A DNA stretch of 52,699 nt from Thermoanaerobaculia bacterium (GTDB lineage Bacteria; Acidobacteriota; Thermoanaerobaculia; Multivoradales; UBA5704). Both the position numbers and the translations under genes were made by a program. Below, in pieces: positions 17,200-26,784 of this stretch. The notes under the pieces were generated by a model that ran no database searches, was not told the DNA's origin, and saw nothing but the letters and a program-made list of their open reading frames with translations. Every line of letters begins with the position of its first letter. Within the stretch, counting starts at the first letter, position 1. The DNA lies in NCBI GenBank assembly GCA_044226625.1, contig JBGAGQ010000043.1, forward strand, positions 1 to 52,699, in the 5' to 3' direction.

Positions 17200-18119
17200 G
17201 AGCGCCCTCCGAGCGAGCCGTCGGAGAACCGCCGCAGCGCCATCTGCAGCCCGGAGGCCGCGAGGATCAGGACGAAAAGCAGGAAGGCGATCGCGGCCGC
17301 GCGCCCGAGGCTCCACCAGCGGAATCCCTGCTCGTACATCATCAGGGCCAGCGACGTGGTCGACTCGAGCGGCCCGCCCCGGGTGATGACGTACGGCTCG
17401 GCGAAGATCTGAAACAGCCCGACGCCGGTGATCACGGCGACGAAGAATGTGGTCGGCTTGAGGAGCGGCAAGGTGATGTCCACCGTCATCCGCCAGGCGC
17501 CCGCCCCTTCGAGGCGCGCCGCTTCATAGAGCGAAGGCGAGATGCTCTGGAGACCGGCGACGAAGATGACCAGGCAGTAGCCGAAGGTCCGCCAGACCGA
17601 GAGCGAGACGATCGCGAGCGTCGCCCAGCGCGGATTCCCGAGCCAATCGATCGCCGGAAGGCCGACCGCGGTGAGGATGCGGTTGACCGGTCCGTAGGTC
17701 GGATGGAGAAATGCCCGCCAGACGACCGCGGCGGCGACCAGCGTGGTGACGACCGGCGCGAAATACAGGGTGCGGAACAGGCTCTTCGCTCGGGCGAGCT
17801 TCGAGTCGACGAGCACCGCGCCGACGAGCGAGGCGGCGATCGTCGCCGGCCCCCCGAGGAGCGCGAAGAGCAGGGTGTTCCGGACCGCCCGCCAGAAGCG
17901 CGGATCGCCCAGAAGATCGGTGTAGTTGCCAAGGCCGACGAAGCGGACCGTACCGAGGTCGGCGATGCCGTAGAGGTCGAAGTCCGTGAGCGAGAGGAAC
18001 AGCGCGGCGACGAGTGGCAGGGCGAAGAAGAGACCGATCGCGAGCAGCGCGGGCGACAGGAGCCACCAGGCCGCGCGCGCCTCGGCGCGCGAACCCCCGG
18101 CGGTTCGCGGTGCGCTCAC
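17196..18119 (-). CDS. Carbohydrate ABC transporter permease (MalF-like)
   Basis: FVGLGNY, GLQSISPSLYEAARLEGAG, ITLPLLKP. GTG start at 18119 overlaps the binding-protein stop. Confidence 0.95.
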   Translation of the reverse strand: MSAPRTAGGSRAEARAAWWLLSPALLAIGLFFALPLVAALFLSLTDFDLYGIADLGTVRFVGLGNYTDLLGDPRFWRAVRNTLLFALLGGPATIAASLVGAVLVDSKLARAKSLFRTLYFAPVVTTLVAAAVVWRAFLHPTYGPVNRILTAVGLPAIDWLGNPRWATLAIVSLSVWRTFGYCLVIFVAGLQSISPSLYEAARLEGAGAWRMTVDITLPLLKPTTFFVAVITGVGLFQIFAEPYVITRGGPLESTTSLALMMYEQGFRWWSLGRAAAIAFLLFVLILAASGLQMALRRFSDGSLGGRS

Positions 18120-19453
18120 TTCGCGGGGCCTCGTCGCTCGGCCGCGCGGTCGAGCAGGAAACGCCGCTTTTCCAAGATCCGGTCGGTGTCGGCGTCGAGC
18201 GCCGCGAGCGCCTGCTCGGGCTCGCTGGCACCGCGCACGACCTGCTCGGTCGCGACCGCGAGCCGGGCGCCGATCTGCTCCCATTCCGGAACCTTCGGGG
18301 AGGGCGCCACCTGAGACAGCTGGGTGAGGAACGCCGCGGCGCGCGGATCGTCCGCGAGGCCGGTCGTCGCCCAAGCCGAACGGCGCGCCGGCAGGTCGCC
18401 CGCGCGCCGGTAGAACTCCGCCTGCTGGGCCGGCTCGGACAGGTACTCGATCCACCGCCAGGCCCCCTCCGCCCGCTTCGCGCCTCGGAACATCACGAGG
18501 CTCGCTCCCCCGGCGAGCGAGAAGCCGGGATAGGTCCCTTCCGCCTCCGGCGCCGGCATCGGCGCCGTCGCCCATCGGTCCTTCATTTTGGGAGGCAGGC
18601 GGCGCGCCATCTCGGCCAGATTCCAAGGGCCGGAGATGAACATCGCGAAATACCCCTCCGCGAACTGCTGATAGAGGTTCGCGACGGCCGACTGGTCGAG
18701 CGGCGGCGCCAACCGATCGCGGAAGATCCCGGTGTAGAAATCGAGGGCGGCGCGGAAGCGCGGCTCGGCGAAGTTACCGCGTCGACCGCCGTCTTTGAGC
18801 AGCGGCGCGCCGCGCGCCTGGGCGAGCGACATCACCTGCGCCCACTCGTCGATCGGCAGCAGGATCGCGTAGCGGTCGGGAAAGCGGGCGCGGAGCCTCT
18901 CCATCGCGGCCCGCCACTCGCTCCAGGTTTTCGGTGGCCAAGGCGCCCGCGCCTCGGAGATCAGATCGGTGCGATAGAAGATCACCCGAGTGTCGACGTA
19001 CCACGGGACGCCCCAGGTCTCGCCGTCCACGTCGTTCGAGCGCAAAACCCCTTCGAACCAGTCGGCTCGATCGACGCTCTTCGAGCGCGCGATCCGCTTC
19101 CCCAAGGGCTCGAGCACCGACAGCGCCGTCATCTCGGGGATCCAGGTGTTGCCCATCTGCGCCGCGTCCGGCAGCGCGTCGCCGACATAGGCGGTGAGCA
19201 GCTTCTCGTGCGCGGCGGTCCAGGGGACCTGCTCGACTTGGATCTTCAGATCGGGGTTGCGCCGTTCGAACTCCGGCACCAGCGCGCGGACCTCTTCTCC
19301 TTCGCGGCCGAACGCCCAGAAGCGGACGACGGCGCGATCGTCCGCTCCCGCGCACGCGGCGCTCGAGAGGACGAGGAGCGCGAGGGGCGTCCACGGAGCG
19401 AGGCGGCCAAGCCGCGCGAGAGAGAGCCTTCCCAGAGCCCGGTCTCGGCTCAC
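18116..19453 (-). CDS. Sugar ABC transporter substrate-binding lipoprotein
   Basis: Lipobox-like LSSAAC. FWAFGREGE, PDAAQMGNTW, GVPWYVDTRVIFYRTDL, GPW. GTG start at 19453 overlaps the upstream stop. Confidence 0.93.
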   Translation of the reverse strand: MSRDRALGRLSLARLGRLAPWTPLALLVLSSAACAGADDRAVVRFWAFGREGEEVRALVPEFERRNPDLKIQVEQVPWTAAHEKLLTAYVGDALPDAAQMGNTWIPEMTALSVLEPLGKRIARSKSVDRADWFEGVLRSNDVDGETWGVPWYVDTRVIFYRTDLISEARAPWPPKTWSEWRAAMERLRARFPDRYAILLPIDEWAQVMSLAQARGAPLLKDGGRRGNFAEPRFRAALDFYTGIFRDRLAPPLDQSAVANLYQQFAEGYFAMFISGPWNLAEMARRLPPKMKDRWATAPMPAPEAEGTYPGFSLAGGASLVMFRGAKRAEGAWRWIEYLSEPAQQAEFYRRAGDLPARRSAWATTGLADDPRAAAFLTQLSQVAPSPKVPEWEQIGARLAVATEQVVRGASEPEQALAALDADTDRILEKRRFLLDRAAERRGPAK

Positions 19454-20928
19454 GGCGCCTCGTCGAGCCAGCCGCCGGTAAAGCCCGCGCGGGCGAGGCC
19501 GCGGCGAAGGTGGGGGTTCTTCCGCATCGTCTTCCAGATCAGGCCGGAGCGATGGTTCTCGATCATGGCGAGAATCGGTCCCTGGTCGATGCCGAGCCAA
19601 TCGGTGTCGAACCAACCAACCCCCGGATGGTAGCGGCCGTGATGGAGCTTGGCCACCTCGGCCGGATAGCTCCACGACGGGTTGAACGCGTCGACGAAGC
19701 CATAACGGCCATAGAGCGGCTCGCCGTAGCGCGCGGCCATCGCGCGAAGCGCCGGGATCGCCACCTCGGGCGCGAACGGGATGGAGCCTCCCGCCGCCGT
19801 GGGCGCGATCGTTCCGTCGTCGAGCACGAAGTCGGCGCCGACCCCGCGACCGGCGTAAGTCCAGAAGCGGCGCGTCTCGCCCTCGTAGGGCAGCTCCACG
19901 TCGGCCGGTCCGTCGCAGGCGGAGACCCCCCAGACGTCGGCGGAGAGACCTTTCCAACCGCGCGGGTTGCGGATCGCCCAAGCGCGTTGCGCGAGGGTCG
20001 CGCGGCGCGTGTTCTCGAAATAGTCGAAGCCCATCGCCGCGGCGGCCGGATCGCGGATGCCGCGATAGTCGACCCAAGCGTGGCTGTAGTGGTGACCGAA
20101 CAGGGGCGCGAACTGCAGATACCGCTCGCCCTCGAACTCGGCGACCTTGTAGCGGCTGGTCCACTCGCCCCAGGCGTCTTCGCCCACCGGATGGGTGGTC
20201 GAGCCGAGCGCGAGCAGGTAGACGATCATCGCCTCGTTGTAGCCGCGCCAATCGGAGTGGATGAACCCGCTCTCCGGATGCCAGCCGAGGACGATCGACG
20301 GCGGCCGCGGCTGCGCCCAGGTCCAGTCGACGCGATCGTGGAGCCGCTCGGCGAGAGTGCGGATCTCGCGCTCCCCCGGCTCGTCGCGATCGAAATACTC
20401 GCCGACGAACATCACCCCGGCGATCAGGAGCGCGGTGTCGACCGTCGACAGCTCGACCCGCTCGAACCGGCGGCCGGTCGAGGGATCGAGGAAGTGGTAG
20501 AAGAAGCCATGGTACGTGGTCATCCCCGCGGGGGCGTCCCCTTCGGGCGCGGCGGCGAGGAAACGCAACGTTTTCAACGTCCGCTCGCGCGCCGCTTGGC
20601 GCGAGACCCAACCGCGCTCGACGCCGACCGGATAGGCGGTCAGGCCGAAGCCGGTCGCGGCCACCGAGGCGAACGACCGAGTAGGCCAGCGATCGGGAAT
20701 CAGACCTGTGGTGGGATCGGCGAGCTCCCAGAAGTAGAGGAAGGTACGGTGCGAGACGTCGTCGAGAAACGCCTCGGTGGATCCCGCGGCCGCGGAAGCC
20801 GCGGTCGACTCCGGCGTAGCAACTCCGCCGTCGGGAGCCAGGACCGGCGGGGAGGCGGGTGCCCCCCCGCAGCCCAGGAAGGCGAAAGCGAGAAACGGGG
20901 CGAGGAGCCGGTATTTCACGATCGTCAC
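19450..20928 (-). CDS. GH144-like ('glucoamylase family') endo-beta-1,2-glucanase, lipoprotein
   Basis: Lipobox FLGC. TFLYFWE, ASVAATGFGL, GFFYHF, ELSTVDTALL, GYNEAMIVYLLA, PLFGHHYSH, GTIAPTAAGGS, YGFVDAFN, LGIDQGPI, IENHRSGLIW. Confidence 0.85.
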   Translation of the reverse strand: MTIVKYRLLAPFLAFAFLGCGGAPASPPVLAPDGGVATPESTAASAAAGSTEAFLDDVSHRTFLYFWELADPTTGLIPDRWPTRSFASVAATGFGLTAYPVGVERGWVSRQAARERTLKTLRFLAAAPEGDAPAGMTTYHGFFYHFLDPSTGRRFERVELSTVDTALLIAGVMFVGEYFDRDEPGEREIRTLAERLHDRVDWTWAQPRPPSIVLGWHPESGFIHSDWRGYNEAMIVYLLALGSTTHPVGEDAWGEWTSRYKVAEFEGERYLQFAPLFGHHYSHAWVDYRGIRDPAAAAMGFDYFENTRRATLAQRAWAIRNPRGWKGLSADVWGVSACDGPADVELPYEGETRRFWTYAGRGVGADFVLDDGTIAPTAAGGSIPFAPEVAIPALRAMAARYGEPLYGRYGFVDAFNPSWSYPAEVAKLHHGRYHPGVGWFDTDWLGIDQGPILAMIENHRSGLIWKTMRKNPHLRRGLARAGFTGGWLDEAP

Positions 20929-20944
20929 CTCGCCCCTTTCGACC

Positions 20945-23908
20945 TTAGAAGCTCACCCGGGCGCCGATCTGGAAGCGGCGGGTGTTGAACTGGCCGTTCG
21001 GTTGGCCGAAACGTGCGTTGACGTTCGGCAGCCGCGGCTTGAAGTTCTCGAAGTCCTTGTTGTTGTCGAAGTTGAAGATGTTGAACCCTTCGCCGACCAA
21101 CGTGACCCGCACGCGATTGGCGATCTCCGGCGCGTCCCATTCGAGCCGTAGGTCGACGCTCCGGTAGGCCCATGCGTTCGGGATGATGAAGTCGTCCTTG
21201 GCCGGCCGACCCTCGTTCCAGCGGACGGTGAACGGATCGCGCGAGTCGTCGAAGATGGTGAACGGCACGCCCGAGCCCAAGGTGATCAGGCTCGACGCTC
21301 GGAAGCTCCAGGGCAGCGCGACCGTGCCCGAGACCACCAGGCGATGACGCTCGTCGTTGGTCCCTGGGAACTTGTAGTAGTTGGCCGAAGAGAGGTAGTC
21401 GAACGCGCCGAACGCGAGTCCCTCGCTCGGGTTGTCGGTGCCGTTCTGATACGCCTTCGCGTAGGTGTAAGCAATGTTCAACGCCCACTTCGACCCGGCC
21501 GTGTACGGCTTGTCGAGCGTGAGGTAAAGAGCGTCGTACCAGGTGCGACGAGCGGTCGACGTGATGAACACCCGGGCATAGCCCGGAATGTTGACGTTGC
21601 CGCCGAACCGGTCGTTGAAGGTGGTTCCCGGTGGTAGGTCGCCGAAGAAGTAGGACAGGCCGTTGTAGCCGCGCGCGCCCGCGTAGGTCGCCGAGGCGAG
21701 CCAGGCGCCGAGCTGCTGGCGAACGCCCAGGTTCCACTGGTCGGAGCGGGGGGGCTTGAGGTCGTTGGCCACCAGCCAGATTTCCGGACCGGGCGCCTGG
21801 CCGCTCGCGATCAGGCCGCGCAGCCCTTCGGCGCTCTGATACTCGGGGCGCCATTTGATCGCCGGCACGCTGCAGTTCGGCGTCGGACGGCCGTCCGCCG
21901 AGAAGCAGAAGCTGTAGATGCTCCACTGCTGGCGGTATTCCTCGTCGAAGATGTCGTTCAGGACCACGCGGTCGTAGTACTTGCCCCAACCGCCGAACAC
22001 GACGGTCTTGGCGTCCCCGCGCACGTCCCACGCGAATCCGAGGCGCGGTTGGACCATCCCGTAGTAGGGATCGCGATCGTTGCCGTCGGTCGTGTAGCGG
22101 TTGAAGTCGAAGAAATCGCGGATGCACCAGGTGGACTTGCCGCCGACCGGCTGGCCGTAAGTGCGGCAAGCGCTCTGGAGCGCGTTGACCACCGCGTCCG
22201 GGGTGCGGAAGTCGTTGTTCAACATGTTCGACTCGTAATCCCAACGCACGCCGATGTTCAGCGTCAGGTTCGGTCGCACCCGCCAGTCGTCCTGGAGATA
22301 GAGACCGAGCTGGTTGTTGCTGAAGGAAAGCCCCGGCTCGCCGAACCCGAGCCGCGCCTGGAACGGGAACTGCCACTGCTCGTCGCTACGGAACTCGAAC
22401 AGCGGGTTGTCGAAGAGCTTCTTGTTGACGTCGTAGTCCTGGTGGTTCAGCGAGACGCCGGTCTTCACCAGATGGTCGCCGTGCCAAGCCGTGGGGAGCG
22501 AGAGGTCGTCGCGGATGGCGTACTTCTTCTGCAGGAAGTCCTGCGTCGCGTCCTTGCCGCCGATGTCCAAGATGCCGATGTAGTTCAGGTGCGGCGTGGC
22601 GGGATTGAGCGCGGTCGGGTTCCACTGGAGCTTCTGATACGCGAGCGCCGCCTCGTTCAGGGCGTTACCGAGGATCGCCTGGTGCTTGATCACGAACGCG
22701 TCGGTTCCCACCTCGAAGCTCTCGGCGCCGTCGCGGGTGCGCTGGCCGCCGAAGCCGCGGACCTCTTGTTCGTCGCGAACGTTCGCCGAGAAGTCGATCG
22801 TCTGTCCTGCGCCCGGCTGCCACGAGAGCTTGCCGAAGTAGAGACGAGACTCGAACGGCGCCGTGAGCACGCCGGTCGATTGCTGCGCAAGGAGGTTCTG
22901 CACGTTCGCCGGAGCGCGCGAGAAATCGGGGCCGCGGAAAACGGTCGCGTTCCGATCCTGGTCGTTGGTTTCCAACGAGAGAAAGAAATGAACCTTGTCC
23001 TTGACGATCGGACCGCCGAACGACAGGCCGCCCTGGTCGCGCTGGTAGTCGGCTTTCTTTTCGCCGCGCGCCTTCGCGAAGTCGTCCTGGGCGACCAGGC
23101 TCTTGTCCTGCGTGAAGTAGAACAAGTCGCCGTGATACTCGTTGCCGCCCGACTTGGTGACCGCCGAGATCACCGCCGCCGCGGCTTTCTCGTACTCGGC
23201 CTTGTAGTTCTGGGTGAGGACGCGGAACTCCTGCACCGCGTTCTGCGGGAACGGATTGCCGCGGCTCGAATCCTGCGCGAAGGCGCCGCCCGAGAGGACG
23301 TCGTTCTTATAGGACAGGCCGTCGATGAAGACGTTGACCTGCCGCGAATCGGCGCCGCCGCTGCGGAACTTCTGCCCCGCGTCGTCCTGGTTGTCGGTGG
23401 ACCGCACGCCGGGGGCGAGCGCCGCGAAATTGAGGAAGTTGCGGCTCCCTTGCGGCAGCTTCTCGATCTGCTCGGGAGTGATGCTGGTCGCCACCTCGGA
23501 GGTCCGCGTTTCGACGAGCAACTGGACCGAGTCGCCGACCACCGTGATGTCGTCGGCGATCACCTCGCTCGGCGACAGGACGAAATCGACCACCACGTCC
23601 TGGCCCAACAGCACCTGCACGGTCTTGGACTGTTCGGCGTAGGCGTCCGACGACACCTTGATCTCGTACCGGCCGGGCTTCAAGCCTTGGAGCGCGAAGC
23701 TGCCGTCCGGCCCCGCCTTCGACTCGTAACGGAATCCGCTCTCCGTGTCGACCGCCGCCACCGTGGCACCCGCGAGGGGCCCGCTCGAATCGAGCACGGC
23801 GCCGCGGATCGAGGCGTTCGTGTCCTGGGCTCTCGCCCCCATCGCGCAGAGCGCGGCGACGAAGACCGCCGCGAGCGCCCGAGCGAGCCTGCTGTGCATC
23901 CCACTCAT
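20945..23908 (-). CDS. TonB-dependent outer-membrane receptor (Oar-like, N-terminal carboxypeptidase-regulatory-like domain)
   Basis: Signal peptide. LPQGSRNFLNFAALAPGV, AVQEFRV, VTKSGGNEYHG, YLQDDWRVRPNLTLNIGVRWD, PRLGFAWD. C-terminal RRFQIGARVSF ends in Phe. Confidence 0.93.
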   Translation of the reverse strand: MSGMHSRLARALAAVFVAALCAMGARAQDTNASIRGAVLDSSGPLAGATVAAVDTESGFRYESKAGPDGSFALQGLKPGRYEIKVSSDAYAEQSKTVQVLLGQDVVVDFVLSPSEVIADDITVVGDSVQLLVETRTSEVATSITPEQIEKLPQGSRNFLNFAALAPGVRSTDNQDDAGQKFRSGGADSRQVNVFIDGLSYKNDVLSGGAFAQDSSRGNPFPQNAVQEFRVLTQNYKAEYEKAAAAVISAVTKSGGNEYHGDLFYFTQDKSLVAQDDFAKARGEKKADYQRDQGGLSFGGPIVKDKVHFFLSLETNDQDRNATVFRGPDFSRAPANVQNLLAQQSTGVLTAPFESRLYFGKLSWQPGAGQTIDFSANVRDEQEVRGFGGQRTRDGAESFEVGTDAFVIKHQAILGNALNEAALAYQKLQWNPTALNPATPHLNYIGILDIGGKDATQDFLQKKYAIRDDLSLPTAWHGDHLVKTGVSLNHQDYDVNKKLFDNPLFEFRSDEQWQFPFQARLGFGEPGLSFSNNQLGLYLQDDWRVRPNLTLNIGVRWDYESNMLNNDFRTPDAVVNALQSACRTYGQPVGGKSTWCIRDFFDFNRYTTDGNDRDPYYGMVQPRLGFAWDVRGDAKTVVFGGWGKYYDRVVLNDIFDEEYRQQWSIYSFCFSADGRPTPNCSVPAIKWRPEYQSAEGLRGLIASGQAPGPEIWLVANDLKPPRSDQWNLGVRQQLGAWLASATYAGARGYNGLSYFFGDLPPGTTFNDRFGGNVNIPGYARVFITSTARRTWYDALYLTLDKPYTAGSKWALNIAYTYAKAYQNGTDNPSEGLAFGAFDYLSSANYYKFPGTNDERHRLVVSGTVALPWSFRASSLITLGSGVPFTIFDDSRDPFTVRWNEGRPAKDDFIIPNAWAYRSVDLRLEWDAPEIANRVRVTLVGEGFNIFNFDNNKDFENFKPRLPNVNARFGQPNGQFNTRRFQIGARVSF

Positions 23909-23955
23909 CTTCGGTTCCTCCTGGAGTTTCAGTCCTGACTTTCCGTTTCCTTACT

Positions 23956-24966
23956 TCAAGGTTTCGAACCGGCGGTCGAGGCGCGCACCACGAGCGTCGC
24001 CGGGATCGTCTCTTCGCGCGGTTCCACGGCGCGTCCGTCCACCTCTTCGAGCAGCCGCTCGATCGCCCGCTCGCCCAGCTCGGCGATCGCAACTCGCACG
24101 GAGGTGAGCGGAGGGGTGACGTAGCGGACGATCGGTATGTCGTCGAAGCCGGCGAGCGCCACGTCGTCCGGGACGCTCAGGCCCAGCTCGCGCAACGCCG
24201 AGAGGCAGCCGATCGCCATCGCGTCGTTGGCGGCGAAAATCGCGGTCGGCCGCGGGGAGAGGGCCGCGATCCGCCGCGCCGCCTCGCTCCCGGATTCCTC
24301 GCGAAAATCCCCGCCGACGATCAGCGCCGGCTCGATACCGCGCGCGGCGAGCGCGGCTTTGAATCCCGACAGCCGGGCCTCGGCGTCCGAGTTCTCGTCG
24401 GGCCCGGCGATGATCGCGATCCGCCGGTGTCCGAGGTCGAGCAGGTGCTCGGTCGCCGCCCGGGCGCCGCCGGCGTTATCGATGCGTAGGGACCGATGCG
24501 CTCCTTGGGCCAGCGAGTCGCCGACGAACACGGCGGGGACGCCGTGCGGGATGCGGATTGCCCCGGCATTCGGCATCGAAGCCATGACGATCAGGCCGTC
24601 GACCCGGCCGTGGAGCGCTCGCAGCAAGGCGTCGACCTCGACGGGGTCGCTGTGCGAGCCGGAGACGAGCAGGTGGTAGCCGGCGCGTTTGGCCCCTTGG
24701 TCGATGCCCCGGATCAGCTCGGAGAAGAACTCGCCATAGACGTCGGGTAGGATCACGCCGACGCTGGAGGTCCGCCGCGTGCTGAGCGAACGGGCGCCGC
24801 TGTGGGGCACGTACCCGAGCTCGGCCACGACCTCGAGCACGCGCTTTCGGGTGTCCGGATGGATCGGCCCTTTGTCGTTCAGTACCCGGGAGATGGTCGC
24901 CACCGAGACGCGTGCCACCGCCGCCACCTCTCGGATCGAGATGCTCGGGTTGCTCTTCGGTTCCAT
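23956..24966 (-). CDS. LacI-family transcriptional regulator
   Basis: N-terminal HTH SIREVAAVARVSVATISRVLN, YVPHSGARSL, GHRRIA, AIFAANDAMAIG, VPDDVALAGFDD, PPLTSV. Confidence 0.96.
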   Translation of the reverse strand: MEPKSNPSISIREVAAVARVSVATISRVLNDKGPIHPDTRKRVLEVVAELGYVPHSGARSLSTRRTSSVGVILPDVYGEFFSELIRGIDQGAKRAGYHLLVSGSHSDPVEVDALLRALHGRVDGLIVMASMPNAGAIRIPHGVPAVFVGDSLAQGAHRSLRIDNAGGARAATEHLLDLGHRRIAIIAGPDENSDAEARLSGFKAALAARGIEPALIVGGDFREESGSEAARRIAALSPRPTAIFAANDAMAIGCLSALRELGLSVPDDVALAGFDDIPIVRYVTPPLTSVRVAIAELGERAIERLLEEVDGRAVEPREETIPATLVVRASTAGSKP

Positions 24967-25008
24967 GGCGGAAGGCCTCCGAGTTCGGGCGTTGTACCGC
25001 GTTCAGGG

Positions 25009-25083
25009 CGAAGCGCTTCGGGTAAGCGTTTACAGCGACGCGTGTAACCGGTTACAGTTTGCGGGAATGTAACGCCGCGTTAC
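25009..25083. promoter_or_regulatory. LacI-type operators in the divergent lacI/GH1 promoter
   Basis: Perfect palindrome TGTAACCGGTTACA (25043-25056). Related GGTAAGCGTTTACA (25021-25034). Also CGAAGCGCTTCG (25009-25020) and GTAACGC-C-GCGTTAC (25069-25083). The central CG core fits LacI operators. Confidence 0.8.
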
Positions 25084-25109
25084 GGCCAAGTCAAGGAGGA
25101 AATACGCCC

Positions 25110-26444
25110 GTGAGCTTCCCTCGCGAATTCCTGTGGGGTGCGGCCACCGCCGCCTACCAGATCGAAGGCTCTCCGCTCGCCGATGGCGCGGGTCCGAGCA
25201 TCTGGCATCGGTTCGCTCATACCCCAGGCCGGATGGCGAACGGCGACACCGGAGACGTCGCCTGCGACCACTATCGCCTATGGAAGGAAGACGTCGCCCT
25301 AATGCGCGAGCTGGGGCTCACCGCCTACCGTTTCTCCATCTCCTGGTCGCGCATCCTCCCCGAAGGGACCGGCCGGGTGAATCAGAAAGGGCTCGACTTC
25401 TACCGCCGCTTGGTGGAAGCGCTCCGCGAAGCCGGGATCGCCCCGTCGGCCACGCTCTACCACTGGGATCTTCCCGCCGCGCTCGACGATCGAGGCGGCT
25501 GGCTCAACCGGGATTCGGCCGCTTGGTTCGGCGACTACGCGAAGATCTGCTTCGAGGCGCTCGGCGACCAGGTCGAGCTCTGGGCGACGCTCAACGAGCC
25601 CTGGGTGATCACCGACGGCGGCTATCTCCACGGCACGCTCGCCCCCGGCCATCGTAATCTCTTCGAAGCGCCGCGCGTCGCCCACCACCTCCTCCTCGCG
25701 CACGCGACCGCGGTCGAGGCGTTCCGCGCCCACGGACCGGGAAAGATCGGCATCGTGGTGAACATCGAGCCGAAACACGCGGCGTCCGGTTCGCCCGAGG
25801 ACCTCGCGGCCACCGCCCGCGCCGACGCCGCGATGAACCGCCACTACCTCGATCCGCTCTTCTTCGGCCGCTACCCCGAGGAGCTGCGAGAGGTTTACGG
25901 CGAGGCCTGGCCCGATTTTCCCGAGCCAGATCTCGACCGGATCCCGATCCCCTTCGACTGGCTAGGCCTCAACTACTACACGAGAGCGGTCGTCCAGGCC
26001 GACCCGACCGCCTGGCCCACGGGAGCGAGCAAAGTCCATCAGCCGCGCGCGACGTACACGGAGACCGGCTGGGAGGTCCATCCGCAAAGCCTCATCGAAA
26101 CGCTCCAATGGCTCGCCCACCGTTACGGTCCGATTCCTCTCTACGTCACCGAAAACGGCGCCGCGTTCTACGACCCGCCAACCGCGACCGACGGCAAGGT
26201 GGACGACCCCCTCCGAGTCGACTACCTGCGGGAGCATCTGAAAGCGGTCGAACGCGCGATCGAAGCAGGCGTCGACGTCCGCGGCTATTTCGCCTGGTCC
26301 CTGCTCGACAACCTGGAATGGAGCCTCGGCTACGCCAAACGCTTCGGAATCGTGCACGTCGACTTCGCGACGTTGCATCGGACGGTTAAGGCTAGCGGTC
26401 GGTTCTATGCGGGGGTGGTGCGGGCCGATGAGGTGGCAACGTAA
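25110..26444 (+). CDS. GH1 beta-glucosidase (cytoplasmic)
   Basis: FLWGAATAAYQIEG, TLYHWDLP, TLNEP (acid/base), YVTENG (nucleophile), WSLLDNLEW. AAGGAGG RBS before GTG 25110. Confidence 0.96.
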   Translation: MSFPREFLWGAATAAYQIEGSPLADGAGPSIWHRFAHTPGRMANGDTGDVACDHYRLWKEDVALMRELGLTAYRFSISWSRILPEGTGRVNQKGLDFYRRLVEALREAGIAPSATLYHWDLPAALDDRGGWLNRDSAAWFGDYAKICFEALGDQVELWATLNEPWVITDGGYLHGTLAPGHRNLFEAPRVAHHLLLAHATAVEAFRAHGPGKIGIVVNIEPKHAASGSPEDLAATARADAAMNRHYLDPLFFGRYPEELREVYGEAWPDFPEPDLDRIPIPFDWLGLNYYTRAVVQADPTAWPTGASKVHQPRATYTETGWEVHPQSLIETLQWLAHRYGPIPLYVTENGAAFYDPPTATDGKVDDPLRVDYLREHLKAVERAIEAGVDVRGYFAWSLLDNLEWSLGYAKRFGIVHVDFATLHRTVKASGRFYAGVVRADEVAT

Positions 26445-26478
26445 AGGCAGGCTGGACCGGTCGAATCAATGTCTTGCG

Positions 26479-26784
26479 CTACAAACCGAAGATCGGCCCC
26501 GTTCCTCGCCGAGAATGCCAGAGAGCCCTAATGACAACCTCATGTTCATCGTAGGTGTAGTAGAGGTGTGACGTGAGCCGGCTCAGGTAGAAACGTCGAA
26601 CTCCCACGACCGGAGAGGGTCGGTAGACCGAGCCAATTCCAGGTGCGATCGCCAACATACCGAGCGCCACCTCGAGATCGTGCGACAGAAGCTCGGGCCG
26701 CATCGCGTTCTCCTCCCACCATGCCCTGAGGAGACGAAGCTGCTCTCTAGCCTTCGCAGTGAACCGTACCTTTCGTCGCGTCAC
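26479..26784 (-). CDS. Type II toxin, RelE/ParE family
   Basis: 101 aa, basic. VRFTAKAREQL, PGIG, VRRFYL...HLYY, VVIRALWHSRR. 4-nt overlap with the upstream gene. Confidence 0.85.
   Translation of the reverse strand: MTRRKVRFTAKAREQLRLLRAWWEENAMRPELLSHDLEVALGMLAIAPGIGSVYRPSPVVGVRRFYLSRLTSHLYYTYDEHEVVIRALWHSRRGTGPIFGL

Noticed and set aside
19450-20928. Starch-acting glucoamylase call
   Set aside because: The 'glucoamylase' label for this family is historical. The motifs match GH144-like proteins and the neighbours (GH94, GH1) are beta-glucoside enzymes.
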